A stretch of DNA of 63,708 nucleotides, filler included, from Octopus bimaculoides (lineage: Eukaryota): assembly GCF_001194135.2 (NCBI RefSeq). It is 7 parts of 7 records of this genome, joined end to end, with 100 filler letters (N's around TTAATTAATTAA, not from the genome) between each part and the next. Parts side by side here need not be neighbours in the genome. Positions count along the whole stretch, not along the records: positions 24,995 to 46,297 come from NC_068983.1; positions 46,398 to 55,920 come from NC_068981.1; 5 more parts are not named here. One strand, given 5' to 3'. Numbering within the stretch: the first letter of the stretch is position 1; every line of letters starts with the position of its first letter. The position numbers and the translations under genes are program-made. Shown here piece by piece: positions 38,175 to 52,755 of this stretch. Below the pieces are notes generated by a model. The model did no database searches, was not told the DNA's origin, and saw only the letters and a program-made list of their open reading frames with translations.

Positions 38175-40778
38175 GTAAAGTTTATGTTTATATGGATAAG
38201 AGGATAAATTTATAGGACAGAAAAGGCAACTATAGTAAACAGCACATCTGTGGGCTATAGGTTGGCATGAGTCAGTTAGTCGAGTGCCTTATATTTGGAT
38301 ACTCAAATGTGGGAACCTTACTCCATCTACTGTCTCAATAGTGGCGCTATTGTTTTAATATTGTTGTTTCGATGCTTCGAAGAAAAATCGACCACTCAAA
38401 CTGATTCAAATGCCTTAGTTACGACCCTTTACATTCTGAGTTCAAATTCCACCGAAGCTAACTAATTTTTTATTTCCCCCACCAAAAGATATGTGACGTT
38501 GTGTCAGTTTTAAGAGTCGTTATAAATTCGATGAAGTATAATAGAGTGGAAGAAACAGTTTACTTCGTTAATTCCGTTCCGCTATGTTTTGAGAGAATAT
38601 CCAGCTGCTTTCAGGTTTACTGTGCGTCTTTTGTCCACAGACAATAAAACGTATTCTTTTCACATAAATCTAGGCATTATCTTCATGTTAAAAAAAATAT
38701 TCCTGAAAGTTTATAGGACTATATGCTTTATAATTTAGTATCAACATATTTATTTAATACAGTGAGCAACAATCTAATTAGAAAAATTTTTACAGTGAGG
38801 AAAATAAATTAGAGCAATGGCTAACATTAAAATCATTTCAATTACGGAAGACAACTCCGAACATATTTCGGTGTTATTAGACGTCCTCAGCAAAGAATAC
38901 TACGCTTCAAATAGAGATGAAAGGATCACTAAGCAGTTGCACAATAGTATATTCAAGTAGGTATGAAAAATGAGCGTATTAAAAAAAAATTTGTTTCTTC
39001 TCTACCACAAACAAGTATGTATTAAAATGTTTAAAATTCGTGAAAATAATATATATTGATACTTGAATTAACATCAGTTGCCCTTGGCCTAAAAGAGAAA
39101 TGGATATTGTATTAAAATGTTATATACAGTATTGTTGTTGATGTTAATTTAGTTAGCATTATTTTCAATGCTCTTGTTATTGCTCTTATTATCAGTAGGA
39201 TCGTTGTCAGGGTAACTATTGTCGTGGTTTTTATTGTTTAAGGTCACCCTCACCACTATCACTACAACTGCAACTGTTACCAAAATACAATAATAGATTA
39301 TCACGACGATTTGGATTTTTGTTGTGAAGCGATTACAATCTAGACAGCTGTCGAAGCTCTAAAATATACAATTCCATAAGTCTGAATATAGGTCATATAT
39401 GTACGAGTTATTGAAATTCTTAATCGACATTAAAATATAGACGCATTTGGAACAAACAACTACAAAAAATAGGTTAAACATATAGTATTTCGTCAGTCGT
39501 TAGGTAAATTGTACAAGGTAAGAATCAGTAGTTACTAACCAAGCAAGATAGATTAAACATTCTCCAGATCGACAATGAAAGAGAAAAGTGTAATACTATA
39601 TGAACATATAAACTATTGCACTTAAGGGATATTTAGAATTGCTCGACTCTAATTTACTGACAATTTCCAATAAGCTGATGTAATTACTAATTGTTTATAT
39701 CTTTGGCTGGAAAGTCTATTTGGTTTGTGAAATCCAGATCTTGATAACAACGTCAAGCCTAATGTTTCACTAACTGTAATACATTAATTTGATGGTGGAT
39801 GATTAAAATCATTTTGACTCAGCTGCTGTGCAACACTTCAGTCTGTCATACGCAGCTAGTAATCAAAACTAGAGGCTTGTTCCAATAGAATGCGTTCATA
39901 GAAACTGAGTCTAGCAATACAAGATATCAAAATACTTAAAAAAAGTACTCCTGCTTTTAGAAGTTGTATACAAGGGCAGTGAGTGCTAAGTGTCATAGTG
40001 AACACAACGCTGCACAGATGACAGGACGTGGCCAGTGGAGAATCTACTTTCTTTCATAGCATACGGTCGATATTTTCTTTCACTTAATACATCTCTTGCG
40101 CTCTATCAACAAAATTACCGAAGCATGTATTACATCCGTTTTCAAGTTGTTACATTTTTCAAGTTGTTACATTTTTATATTTTGAAATGTTTTACTAAAA
40201 TCTAATGTGTAAGCAAAGCTAAAGATAGATTTATGGATAAGAGGTTTTGCAATATTCAGATACGTATAATCATATGTGCAATCATAACACACCGGGATCG
40301 ACTTTTCATCCTTTCGGGATTGATATAAGTACAGTCAAGAACAGAGATACTTTAAAGCAACTATTAAAAAAAAATCAATCTAATAAGCCTCAGAGAAATG
40401 GTTAAACTCACAGAGAATTATTTATCAGAAAGGGTTTCAATTTTTGGATGAAAATAATTTCATTTTGAATATATTGTCAATGCCTATCGGAATTGCAAGG
40501 ACGCCACACAGTTTAGTTTCTCTTCTCTATAAATGTGTGACTCTGCTCTTAAAGAAAGAAATCAATCAGGAAATTCTGGATTATCGCTACTGGCTGAATG
40601 TGTTCGTCCATTTGAATGGCTGATTTATAACTTAAGCAGCTTGAAAGGGGAAAACATGTATTCAATATAATGTTGTTTTCTTTTTTTCAATAATTTGATT
40701 GTATAGTTTGTCAACCCATCGTATCAAAACTGAATCAATTTCAAAACACTTGTTATTTAAAAAGTATATACACACACA

Positions 40779-40863
<85 letters not shown>

Positions 40864-41692
40864 TGTGTGTGTGTACAGTGTGTGTGTGCGCGCGCGCGCT
40901 TTGCGATGATCAAATACCACTTGTGTGGTGGGAGAAGAAATGAGATAATAGTTCAAGTTTTGATCTCTAATTTGAAGTTACTACTGAGAGGCAGCTATTG
41001 ACTCGTACTACATACAGGTGGAAAGATTAAATCATCCGAATTCAATATTTTTCTGAAACGTGTTAACTCATGCAAATATACGTGTTTGTGATTAAGCTGT
41101 CATTTTAGCATCAATCGCAACTGTTTTATAATGGTGAGATTATTTGTAGTTAAAGGGTGGTGGTTAACACATTTGGTAAAGCATTTGAAAAAATACATTG
41201 GGGTATTTAGCCTCGATTCTAAATTCGAATACTGCCAATTTCTTGACTTTCTACTCATTTTTCGAGTAAGTTAAAAAAAAATACTATTGAAGTATTGAGA
41301 CCGATACAATAGACTGTTTCCATCCTTTAGAATACGTGGCCTTGTGCCTGAGTAAGAAATCGATATTGCTTGTAATTACAGATATTTTAAAAACAAAGTT
41401 TGGAAGATTTTTTTTTCTTGCCATTTAATACCCTAAATTCCAACTACAGGTTAAAATATTCTTACACTGAATCTTTTATCGCAGAAACTGTCAAAACCAA
41501 ATTATGACTGTACAATAAAGCCATGAAGATATCGTATATGTATGACAGAAAAAAGTCATTGATTCTCCAAATATCACTTGCTTTCAAATATTAGCTACGG
41601 TTATCAGTTGATTCTGAAATGTATTTATATCTTGTTAATCACTCACATAAATTGAAGATCAAACTAGTTTGAAGTGATCTTTTTCTCGTTAG

Positions 41693-41763
41693 TATCTTCC
41701 TATACAAAGGATCAGCATTACTTCCTTTTCAGACAACCTTCATGTTTATACCACATATTGAAG
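41693..41763 (+). CDS. Putative exon (alternative acceptor at 41733)
   Basis: ttttctcgttag| or ttccttttcag| acceptor and strong aag|gtaaga donor; frame IFLYKGSALLPFQTTFMFIPHIE (phase 2-1) or SSYTKDQHYFLFRQPSCLYHILK (phase 1-0). Confidence 0.4.
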
Positions 41764-41943
41764 GTAAGAATGTGGCGGCGTTTACATATTTTGACATAAC
41801 CATCTAATCTAAAATTAGTATTCTGCGCTGATATGTACTTGACCAATTACCCATTAGTGTTGTTATTCACATCACAACTTCATTGTCATTTTGTAAAAAT
41901 TACTTTTATTCTGGGCTTCTTTAAATGTTTCTTTGCTTTTTAG

Positions 41944-41977
41944 GTTTTCCTGATGATGTTATTACTGTTAACTTATG
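41944..41977 (+). CDS. Putative micro-exon, in frame with 41693-41763
   Basis: ctttgctttttag|...atg|gtatgc; (G)FPDDVITVNL or VFLMMLLLLTY depending on the frame of the previous exon. Confidence 0.35.
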
Positions 41978-44499
41978 GTATGCTTATCATTGAAAAAATA
42001 TTATAATCAATAAGATGATACATAGATCTCCCTCAGAAGCTAGCTTAGATCCTTCCTTTACCAGTACACAAGAATGATTCCGTGTGAACTGGAATAATGT
42101 TTATATATAATATGGATCAAAAGCCAACCGTAATAAATCATGAAGCAAAATTGAATTAACTTTTCCATGGATTAAGATTCTTCAGTAACGGTTTGCTCAT
42201 CTTCACATTTTGAGTATATTAGTTTAAAGCATTTAATATAATATTTTCTGTTTAAAACATTTAATACAATATTTTCAATTGCTATACTCTTAATTTATAT
42301 GTTTGAATCTCAGATACAATTAATTTTCAAAAGTCTTCTGTTATTGTTTTAATATTCAAAGTCTATGATAATAAATCTAGCTATCTTTCGGTAATCTCAG
42401 CCATAGATGGCGGTTGAAAAACACTGCATTGTCATCGTGATTTAATCACATTATCCAATCAACCAGCATATTTCTCCCGTGTTTCTTTTGCGTTCTTTTT
42501 TTTTTCTACACTTCGTCTATTTGTTCTATTGATGTTTTCTTTTCGACTTTATAATTTTACATGCCTTACAAAAATATTTTAATTTGGTTTCATCAAATAT
42601 TCTCTAAAACTTCATACAATCTCTGAAACATCAGACACTCTCTAAAATATCAGATAAAATATTTTTCTACTGAGATAATATAGTTTGCAGTTTCTGAGGT
42701 TACATCAAAAATAACATATACAATTAGAATATAAATCGAATTGTACATAAAATCGTCTTCGTAAAATCAAGAGTAAAATGGTTTAGTACCTAAGATCAAC
42801 AGGTTAATTCAAATTTCTTGCTGAAATGTGAACCAACGACAGAGAAAAGCATTCAGTTAAAAACTGTCCTGGAGAAATAAATCCAGAATTGAACTAACTT
42901 TAAACGTCTAGAGTTTAGAGTTATTGATTTCAAGAAGTAATAATCGAAGTGTAACATTTATGAAATAGCCAAAACAAATAAGCTGATTATAAAGAAATCT
43001 AATATTTGCACTAATAATTTATTTGATAAAAAGGAGTATGGTTGAGTGAATGAAGTTCAGTACATTACTGGTATTTAGTTTAACCATCCCTGAAGGATAA
43101 ATTGCTGTCAACATCATTGAGAAATGAATGCAGAATGTCAAAGATTATAGCTTAATACGCTTTAATCTACAGAGATGACTTTCCACTCATATACAATTAA
43201 TTAAAGCTGTGTGTACGTGTGTGTGAAGACGTACACGAATGTGCATGTGTGCTGTTTGTATTTGTGTGTGTACGTGCGTGTAATAGATGCTTAGTACAGT
43301 AGTTCACCGAGAAAATCAGTGAATATTTTGTTATTTAGCTCATATCAGTTTTAATTGATGAAATTTATGATCAAAGATTTTCCATGCGTCTGTTTGAGTA
43401 TCATCTACGACTAAATTCTCCTGTGTGTCCATACATTTTGAGTACGGTAAGCTGTGATAAGGGGGAACAAGACTTATTTCTATCAGATAGAAAAACCGCG
43501 TAGAGGTTCCTTCATTGGCTCGCGAATATGTTCTTTAAATAGAAGATGTGTATAAATAGAAAGATGTGTATTTATAAATAGAAATAGTGACTTTGATAGA
43601 GATAACATCATTAATGGAGATAAAATGATGGCTCCTTGAGAGACGCTAAAATTTATAGTATTGTGGTTTGTCTACCGTGAAGAGATAAAAAACCAAATCG
43701 ATCTCAGCCGAATCTGAAATCATAATAGGATAGTTGTAAAGTACTAATCAACGGCATAAAGCATCTATATAAACCAACATTCTATAATTTGTTCCAGTTC
43801 CATCATCGACAAACGCTGCAATAATACACGTATCATAAAACGTGCCTTATTTTTGTTTCAAATATCAAAATACCAGAATCTCACAATTCTGTTACTCCAC
43901 AAACACTTATACTATCATTTTTTTTACAATTTGTTATCATCACTTTTCAATGATTTACCATCTTGAAACTTTAAATTGATCCAAATTACATAATTCCCCT
44001 CACTGAAGTTATGAAAATGCTATTCTCCATTAGCATCTGTAGTCTTTTGTCTTCTATGAATCTGTTTCCTTTGACATCAAAGTTTTTGAATGCGTCTGGT
44101 TTGAGAATCTTCTAAAAATTCTTATTTTATAAATTGAAGTCACTTTAAAGCTTAACTTAACGTTCATAATTCTTCCCTTCTCTACCTTAACTATCTCGAT
44201 TAAATTCACCTCTAACTATACACACCACTTACAAACATCCATTTTCGTCTTTAAAAAGAAAGCGAAAAACTCCAGTTCTCGTCCCAGAAACTATTTTCCC
44301 GCTTTCATCCGCTTTCCACATATGTCTGACCTCACAAAGCAACAACAAAGCATCCTGTCCTAACTTAACTAGCAACGCCACCTCCATCATCTTGCAATGA
44401 ATATGAAGAGGTAGTCACTGACAAAGGTTTCCAAACAATCAAAGAAGATGCAAAAGATAAAAAGAGGAAGAAGACTCTGACCGTTGGCAAAGAAACAAA

Positions 44500-44620
44500 A
44501 CTAAAGAAACAACTATAGTGTTGGAATATAAGAAACATGTTAAAAATAGAAGCCTAATAAAAGCAATAATAAAAGAAGAGTTTCTTGAGAACGAGATCAA
44601 GCCACGTATAAACTGTCAAT
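44500..44620 (+). mobile_element. Possible RTE-type LINE endonuclease 5' remnant
   Basis: tgttggaatataagaaacatgtta = CWNIRNML, which resembles the WNVRT/SM start of the APE domain. Confidence 0.3.
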
Positions 44621-45410
44621 AAGAACCTTTCGGTGCACGAAGCTCCAGGACGAGAAATGGTTGGTGGGCAGAGGCGCTATGTATTCTAACCCTACCTAGC
44701 CAACGGTTTCTCACTCGCGTGTGACGAGAACCCTAAAGGAATTTTTCCGTTTTATCTGTTAAAATAAAGTGTAATAAATTTAAATTATTACTTATTACAC
44801 TTTTTATGACTTCACGTAATCATTTTTGTTTTTATGAATTTTTAATTGTTCCTTTTATATATTGTATAACGTTTTTCACCTGTTCACTCATTTTTGTATA
44901 ACTTTTCTCACTCGTTACACATGACACACATACACCTTTGTAAACCTACAATTTAATGATAATTATATTAACTTTTCTTTCACGAGTTAATAAAGAAATG
45001 ATAGTATGATTTAAAATGTTAGAAAAAAAATTATTTATAACATTATTGATATTATTATTATGTCATTTAGTTCTGTCCTGAGTTTTGTCCTTAACTTTGT
45101 CTTCCATCCCTTTGGAGTGAATAAAGTATATATCAATACCGTCGTCAATATCACCGAATATATTCTTCCTCACAAAACATTTATGGTATTCTGCCTACAT
45201 TAAAAATCCTTAATTCTAATACTGTGAGGCGGGTTGATGACAGAATTTGTAGTTGGGGTTTATTATACGTTCTGTAAGACTAGGGTGTGACCAATCGAAA
45301 CATTTCTTGTGAAAGCTACAACACCTGTTGCAAAATCAATATCTCAGTTGATAAGCAGATGTCATTTAGTCTACATGTGAAACGCTGCTGCAAATACTAA
45401 TACTAATAAC

Positions 45411-45810
45411 AATCCTTTCTACTCTAGGCACAAGGCCTGAAATTTGGGGGACTGGGGTAAGCCAATTACATCGACCCCAGTGTTTCACTAGTACTCAATT
45501 TATCAAACTCGAAAAGGTGAAATGCAAAGTCGACCTCGGCGGAATTTGAACTCAGAACGTAATGACGGACGAAATGGCACTTAGCATTTTGCTTGACGTG
45601 CTAACGATTCTGACAGCTAGCCGACCTAATAATAATAATAATAATAATCATTTCTACTATAGGCACAAGGCCTGAAATTGGGGGTAGGAGGACAGTCGAT
45701 TACATCGACCCCAGTACTGAAATGGTACTTAATTTATCGATCCCGAAAGGATGAAAGGTAAAGTCAACCTCAGAACGTAGCAAAGGGGGAAATGCCGCTA
45801 AGCATTTCTC
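45411..45810 (-). mobile_element. Tandem family 1 SINEs (45411-45627 and an internally deleted copy at 45648-45810) separated by (AAT)n
   Basis: Both begin (+ strand) tttctact..aggcacaaggcctgaaatt. The second lacks cggcggaatttgaact and the head end. Confidence 0.9.
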
Positions 45811-45811
45811 G

Positions 45812-45843
<32 letters not shown>

Positions 45844-46892
45844 TAAAGTTGGTAAATTCAAAGCAGAAATTATTTTCTGTAGAGATATTTTCCGGATTCA
45901 GCGCGCCAAAACTAAGACTTTTGAATTTTAATCTTTATAATGGATAGAATCACGTGCACGCTTTCACTAGTTGAAGACAACTAGCACGAGATTCTATTCG
46001 ATTGTAAAAATATCGGCAATCTGTACTGAAGATAAATAGATACTTTTATTTTGGAAGTATTGATTTTGAAACTATAGTCTGCAGATAATCGAGGTATGTA
46101 CAATTTTCACTGGTCTAGCCCGCCTGTTTTTGCTCCGCTGAATCCGTATTTGAGAATTTTTTAAGTGAGCTTCTTCTAGCATATTGACAGACCGGTCACT
46201 GGTCAATCTTATATACACAAGTACTATAATCTTTTTAGGATCTCGAAAAAAATTTTTCATGAACCTTCTGATTCTTTTAATGTGCTAGTTTCCTGGTNNN
46301 NNNNNNNNNNNNNNNNNNNNNNNNNNNNNNNNNNNNNNNNNTTAATTAATTAANNNNNNNNNNNNNNNNNNNNNNNNNNNNNNNNNNNNNNNNNNNNATA
46401 TATATATGTATATATATGTATGTGTATGTATATATATAGATATAAATATACATATATACATTACATTCTGAATTCAATTTCCGCCGAGGTCGAATATTAT
46501 TATTATACATATATATACATATATATATGCATATATATATCGATAGACAGATAGATATATGCATACAGATGTACATATGTATTTATAACTGTATTAAATA
46601 AATTATTCTTGTCAGTAATCCATGATTACGATTATAAAGGAGAAATTTCCGAGTTTCTAAGTAATTCTTAGAATTTAATTATACCTTATATAGAAGTAAA
46701 ATTAGAAAATACTTAGAAAACTTTGATTGTACAAAATATTGGGTGATTATATACTTGTGTATATTGGTAGAGAGATACAGATGTATGAATGTCAAGTAAG
46801 GAATCTGCACTTTCAATCCTAATATGCTATGATGTTTCAATATCTTTGCAAATCAAACATTCAATTAGTATATACATACATATATGTATATG

Positions 46893-46926
<34 letters not shown>

Positions 46927-47743
46927 NNNNNNNNNNNNNNNNNNNNNNNNNNNNNNNNNNNNNNNNNNNNNNNNNNNNNNNNNNNNNNNNNNNNNNNNNN
47001 NNNNNNNNNNNNNNNNNNNNNNNNNNNNNNNNNNNNNNNNNNNNNNNNNNNNNNNNNNNNNNNNNNNNNNNNNNNNNNNNNNNNNNNNNNNNNNNNNNNN
47101 NNNNNNNNNNNNNNNNNNNNNNNNNNNNNNNNNNNNNNNNNNNNNNNNNNNNNNNNNNNNNNNNNNNNNNNNNNNNNNNNNNNNNNNNNNNNNNNNNNNN
47201 NNNNNNNNNNNNNNNNNNNNNNNNNNNNNNNNNNNNNNNNNNNNNNNNNNNNNNNNNNNNNNNNNNNNNNNNNNNNNNNNNNNNNNNNNNNNNNNNNNNN
47301 NNNNNNNNNNNNNNNNNNNNNNNNNNNNNNNNNNNNNNNNNNNNNNNNNNNNNNNNNNNNNNNNNNNNNNNNNNNNNNNNNNNNNNNNNNNNNNNNNNNN
47401 NNNNNNNNNNNNNNNNNNNNNNNNNNNNNNNNNNNNNNNNNNNNNNNNNNNNNNNNNNNNNNNNNNNNNNNNNNNNNNNNNNNNNNNNNNNNNNNNNNNN
47501 NNNNNNNNNNNNNNNNNNNNNNNNNNNNNNNNNNNNNNNNNNNNNNNNNNNNNNNNNNNNNNNNNNNNNNNNNCCTTGGTCAATATTCTCATTGAAGAAA
47601 CTATAACAGTAAGTGACTCTCTTTTGCCCTTTTGTTTTTTTGTTTTTTTTCTTGTTCATAGGGTTATGCTCAAGATGGCTCCGTCGTTCACACGTGCCAT
47701 CCTTGCTACATTCACCCATCTTTTTTTAAAGCATTCACTAGAC

Positions 47744-47813
<70 letters not shown>

Positions 47814-48354
47814 TAAATAGATAGATAGATATAAATACACAAATAGAGAGAAATAAATATACATACATATATAATGTCTATATTATGATATTTATGATAA
47901 TCATAACATACTAACATACTCTTGAAGCGTCATAAAATACATAATTATGAAATGATGGGTTTACATTGAAACTATTCGCCATCCCTTCAAATATATATTA
48001 CAACCTTTCAAATTTATGACTAAGGACTATTATCGAAATCTTTCCTCGCCACTCACTGCCCTAATTGACTCAAAACACGACAAAATATTTAGTTATAATA
48101 ATCTATCTTAAAGCATTTAAACAATCAATTCGTTTTATTCCATTCGTTGCCGATATTAGGAGGACTGTTGAGTGAAGGCGCATGATTTTAGTGTGGTCCC
48201 TGCAATCCAGGATCTGTAGCGTACCTAGATTGGTCCTGTATGGAAGCTCCTTTGAATAGGGAGGGTTTATGGTTTATGTCATTCTCTTACAAATTGTGAC
48301 CATCTTTGTAAGCCACCCCTCACCACTCATCGAATTCTCATTGCCTAATTAAAG

Positions 48355-48441
48355 AAATCATCATCATCTTTATCACCACCACCACCGTCGTCGTCGTAGT
48401 CATCGTCGTAGTCATCATTGTCATCACAATCGTTATTATTA

Positions 48442-48529
<88 letters not shown>

Positions 48530-48535
48530 TGTAAA
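48355..48535. repeat. Compound trinucleotide array (CAT)(CAC)(CGT)(ATT)n
   Basis: Read directly. Confidence 0.95.
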
Positions 48536-48900
48536 AGACTCCCACATTGATCATATTACCAGAGCCATGTCTTGAAATTTTGTGACAATAAGTCTTCATA
48601 CCTCCCAAGGATTATGCCAAGTATTCCTTACTGGAGGGACCAAGGTAATTTTCTCAAATTCTTCCAAGTTGGTTCTCAAATCCAAAGTATCTTAAGTTTC
48701 CTCAACATCCGTTCTGTGTCTCTGTCCTCATATCACAGATCAGAGATGTTCGTCCCGAGGATGAACAAATTTTTTTGTGCTCTTTAATGATTCCTTTAAT
48801 GTTTTTTTCTTTCTCTGTAGGCAAGATATGTACCCATAGTCTTCACAGCCTCCATTGGTACGAGGCTGGTTAAAGTCTTTTCAAACGATTTACATTTATC
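48535..48900 (-). mobile_element. Possible 3' remnant of an RLE-class LINE ending in (AAT)n
   Basis: Weak similarity (RMLRKLKILWI...GILGIILG) to R4-type C-termini; it runs directly into the AAT array. Confidence 0.3.
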
Positions 48901-49472
48901 GGTTGCTGGCCCAAAAGATATGAGCCGAGCGAGAAAGGGCTAGTGTTTGTGGAAGATTTAGCCCCAGTGGTTCATTCAGGATCTGGCGGTGAATTGGTCA
49001 AAATTAATCAACTTCAGTTCGACCTTACATTATATAAGTGATGCAACTAAATTAGACATGGACCTCCAACAGAATGATAAGAATGACCTACATAAGCTTA
49101 TTTTATTGTTAATGTTAGTATTTCACTGGAAGCCGAGTTTAACGAAACGAATTTCAATCAAGAACAGAGGATCCCATCTAGTTTTAGCTATCTCGTCTAT
49201 TTCAAGGTGTCAAAGAATACAATATGCAAATAAAATCATTTCTGATTTTCAGTAAGCAATTTTAATTTCGAGTCGAACGACTTCGTACTAGTTTCCTCGT
49301 TGACGGGATACAAGATAACATTGCATGAAACTATATAGAGATGTCTGGACGGCAGAAGAGTACAGTTGCTCATTTAAAGTTGTCTGTAAAATCACCTTTC
49401 GACAGGCATTTCTTATTTACACCCTCCCCTATACATTCGTATGTGCATGCACTAGTACATATACATATACCT

Positions 49473-49557
<85 letters not shown>

Positions 49558-50180
49558 AGTGTGTGTTTATATATATATATTTATATATATATATATATAT
49601 ATGCATACACATGCATATCAACAATTACAAACATATACTCACCCACCACCACCACCACAAACACACACACACACACTTTTATATACACACACGTAATTAT
49701 ATATGCTACTAATACATATTAACAGATAAAAATAGATAAAAATTAAAATCTGTTGATAAAGAGAGAATGGTTAGTAGCTAGTATTAAAAAGGTGAAAACT
49801 TCGGCAGATAATAGTCTAGAAGTTTTCCTGGTGATAGTGTTAGTGGCTTTTGTTGGCGGTGATGATGTTGCCAGTATTAGTAATAGTGACAACATCAGTG
49901 ATGTCGGCGACAGTGGTGGTGGTGGTGGTGGTGTTCTGGAGATGTGAAGTAGTCGACGCTTAATAGATAAATCTATTTAATATGGTTACTTAGCGGACAA
50001 GTAATCCAATATAACTTAATAGAAACTATACGATAATAGTACGTTAACAGGGACTAAGTTCTCTCATATTGCTTCGCCCTACTTATTAATCATTTAAAAA
50101 AAAAAGCCTTCATTACGATAGTGTGGTATAATTTACTACCAAGAAAAAAATATAAGAAACCAATAAAGATATCAAGGAAA

Positions 50181-50223
<43 letters not shown>

Positions 50224-50529
50224 CGACGACGACGATGATGATTTTGTATGATATAAGGTCATTTGATGAGGAGGGCATTACAAAGACAGTTTATGTTACG
50301 TGTTGGGGATTTTCATGAAAATGATGAGAGGGAAGAAAAGGAAATGAAGGAGAAATGAGATAAAAGGTGTATATATTTACAGCATACTAAATTATGTGAA
50401 AACATGAATGATGCAGTTCTTATAGTAAAGAGCCACGGATCAAGGTAAACCAACCAAGAAACCTCACAGATCTTTGGATCTATTTCATCACCAAAGGCGT
50501 AAACACAGTAATTATGATTTTGATTTGGG

Positions 50530-50790
50530 AACAAGTCCAACAATTTTAAAAGAAAAAAGAGGGCTGATCGATGCCGTAAACCCCAGAACACGACTGGTAG
50601 TTTAGTTAATCAGTCCCGAAAGGGATTTGAACTCAGAATGTTAAGAGCTGCAACAAATGACTTTAAAACCCAATCAATATCGACATTACATTTCGTCCAT
50701 CGGGGTTCGATGAAATTAAATGCCAGTTAAGTATGGAGGTCGATATGATCGATAGATTCATCCCAATCTCAAAGGTCTATGGAATGATAG
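50530..50790. mobile_element. Adjacent family 1 SINE fragments in opposite orientation (about 50530-50680 minus; about 50690-50790 plus)
   Basis: cccgaaagggatttgaactcagaatg versus tttcgtccatcggggttcgatgaaattaaatgccag. Confidence 0.6.
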
Positions 50791-51159
50791 ATGCAATAAA
50801 TATTGTTTCCATTTTAATTTCTTTTTTACGCATTTTAGTGGGTGGTCTTCCATATTGGGACACCACCTCCAAGGAATTGCTCTCCTCTTAATTACATCGA
50901 TATCAATTTATTGAAGTGTTGAGTTAAACTATTATTCGAGTTAGATCCCGTTAGTGATGTAAATACATTTAAAGTACTTATATTAATTTTCAACAACTTA
51001 TACAAACATGCACTAGCTCCCTTTATGGATGTGTATGTGTAATTAATTAGATCCTGAAATCCTGATAATATTAAATTATTAAATATTTGTCTCTCGCTGG
51101 CTCTGAAGGTGGGGAACTTTTTTTACTGACCGACCCTATTACCATCGGAACAGCATATA

Positions 51160-51196
<37 letters not shown>

Positions 51197-51667
51197 NNNN
51201 NNNNNNNNNNNNNNNNNNNNNNNNNNNNNNNNNNNNNNNNNNNNNNNNNNNNNNNNNNNNNNNNNNNNNNNNNNNNNNNNNNNNNNNNNNNNNNNNNNNN
51301 NNNNNNNNNNNNNNNNNNNNNNNNNNNNNNNNNNNNNNNNNNNNNNNNNNNNNNNNNNNNNNNNNNNNNNNNNNNNNNNNNNNNNNNNNNNNNNNNNNNN
51401 NNNNNNNNNNNNNNNNNNNNNNNNNNNNNNNNNNNNNNNNNNNNNNNNNNNNNNNNNNNNNNNNNNNNNNNNNNNNNNNNNNNNNNNNNNNNNNNNNNNN
51501 NNNNNNNNNNNNNNNNNNNNNNNNNNNNNNNNNNNNNNNNNNNNNNNNNNNNNNNNNNNNNNNNNNNNNNNNNNNNNNNNNNNNNNNNNNNNNNNNNNNN
51601 NNNNNNNNNNNNNNNNACATATATACATATATATATGTATGTATGTATGTATGTATATATATATATG

Positions 51668-51722
<55 letters not shown>

Positions 51723-51724
51723 GA

Positions 51725-51763
<39 letters not shown>

Positions 51764-52160
51764 GAGGAGAGTGATAAAGGATATACACGTTCTGGTGTGT
51801 ACTTAACCACATATGATGTGACATTCTTTCACTCGCTGTCTGCCCTGCACTTACACAGGTCTTCATTCGCAATACATAAATCGTAATATACAATGCAACA
51901 GCGACACCGGGTACATCATCGTTTTGACACGGTCACCATAAAATATGACCTCGTCATCACCAGTAAACAATCTCCTCCTGCTCGTCGTCGTCGTCATCAT
52001 CACCATCGTCGTCATCGTTGTCGTCGTCGACGTCATCGTCGTTATCATCATCATCATCATCATCATCATCTAGTATAGATAGTGCCAACGTAGGTGTTCC
52101 TCCGTCGGTTAAGTACCAGTACAGAATATTGTAGTAGTTGCTGTTTTTGTTGCTGTTATT

Positions 52161-52195
<35 letters not shown>

Positions 52196-52713
52196 CATTG
52201 TTCTAGTTATAGATGGCGTTGCTGTATTTACAGTTTTGTATCATGACATGGCAAATATAAGTGCCGATTCTCATGAAACAGTACAAGACTTCGTTATGTA
52301 TATAGGTAATGAATTGTACAGATGTACAGGTATAAAACATACAGGCATATAGATACACACACATATATACTCATGCACTCAGAAATATGTATATATATAT
52401 ATATATATACATATCTCTCTCTCACTGTCTCATTCCATCCATGCATACATACACACGTATATATACACATGTATGTATATATATATATATATANNNNNNN
52501 NNNNNNNNNNNNNNNNNNNNNNNNNNNNNNNNNNNNNNNNNNNNNNNNNNNNNNNNNNNNNNNNNNNNNNNNNNNNNNNNNNNNNNNNNNNNNNNNNNNN
52601 NNNNNNNNNNNNNNNNNNNNNNNNNNNNNNNNNNNNNNNNNNNNNNNNNNNNNNNNNNNNNATATATATGTATATATATATATATGAATATATATATGCA
52701 TATGCATTATATG

Positions 52714-52755
<42 letters not shown>

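Noticed and set aside
38332-38352. caatag-tggcg-ctattg short palindrome or CTCF-like half site
   Set aside because: Too short and only a partial motif match.
38861-38890. Minus-strand CTGAGGA...GAAATATG as an active hammerhead
   Set aside because: Stem II does not pair cleanly, stem I is absent, and the cleavage-site nucleotide would be G. It is a relic at best.
48345-52078. Poly-Asn, poly-Ile, poly-Met and poly-His ORFs
   Set aside because: They are translations of (AAT)n, (ATG)n and (CAT)n arrays.
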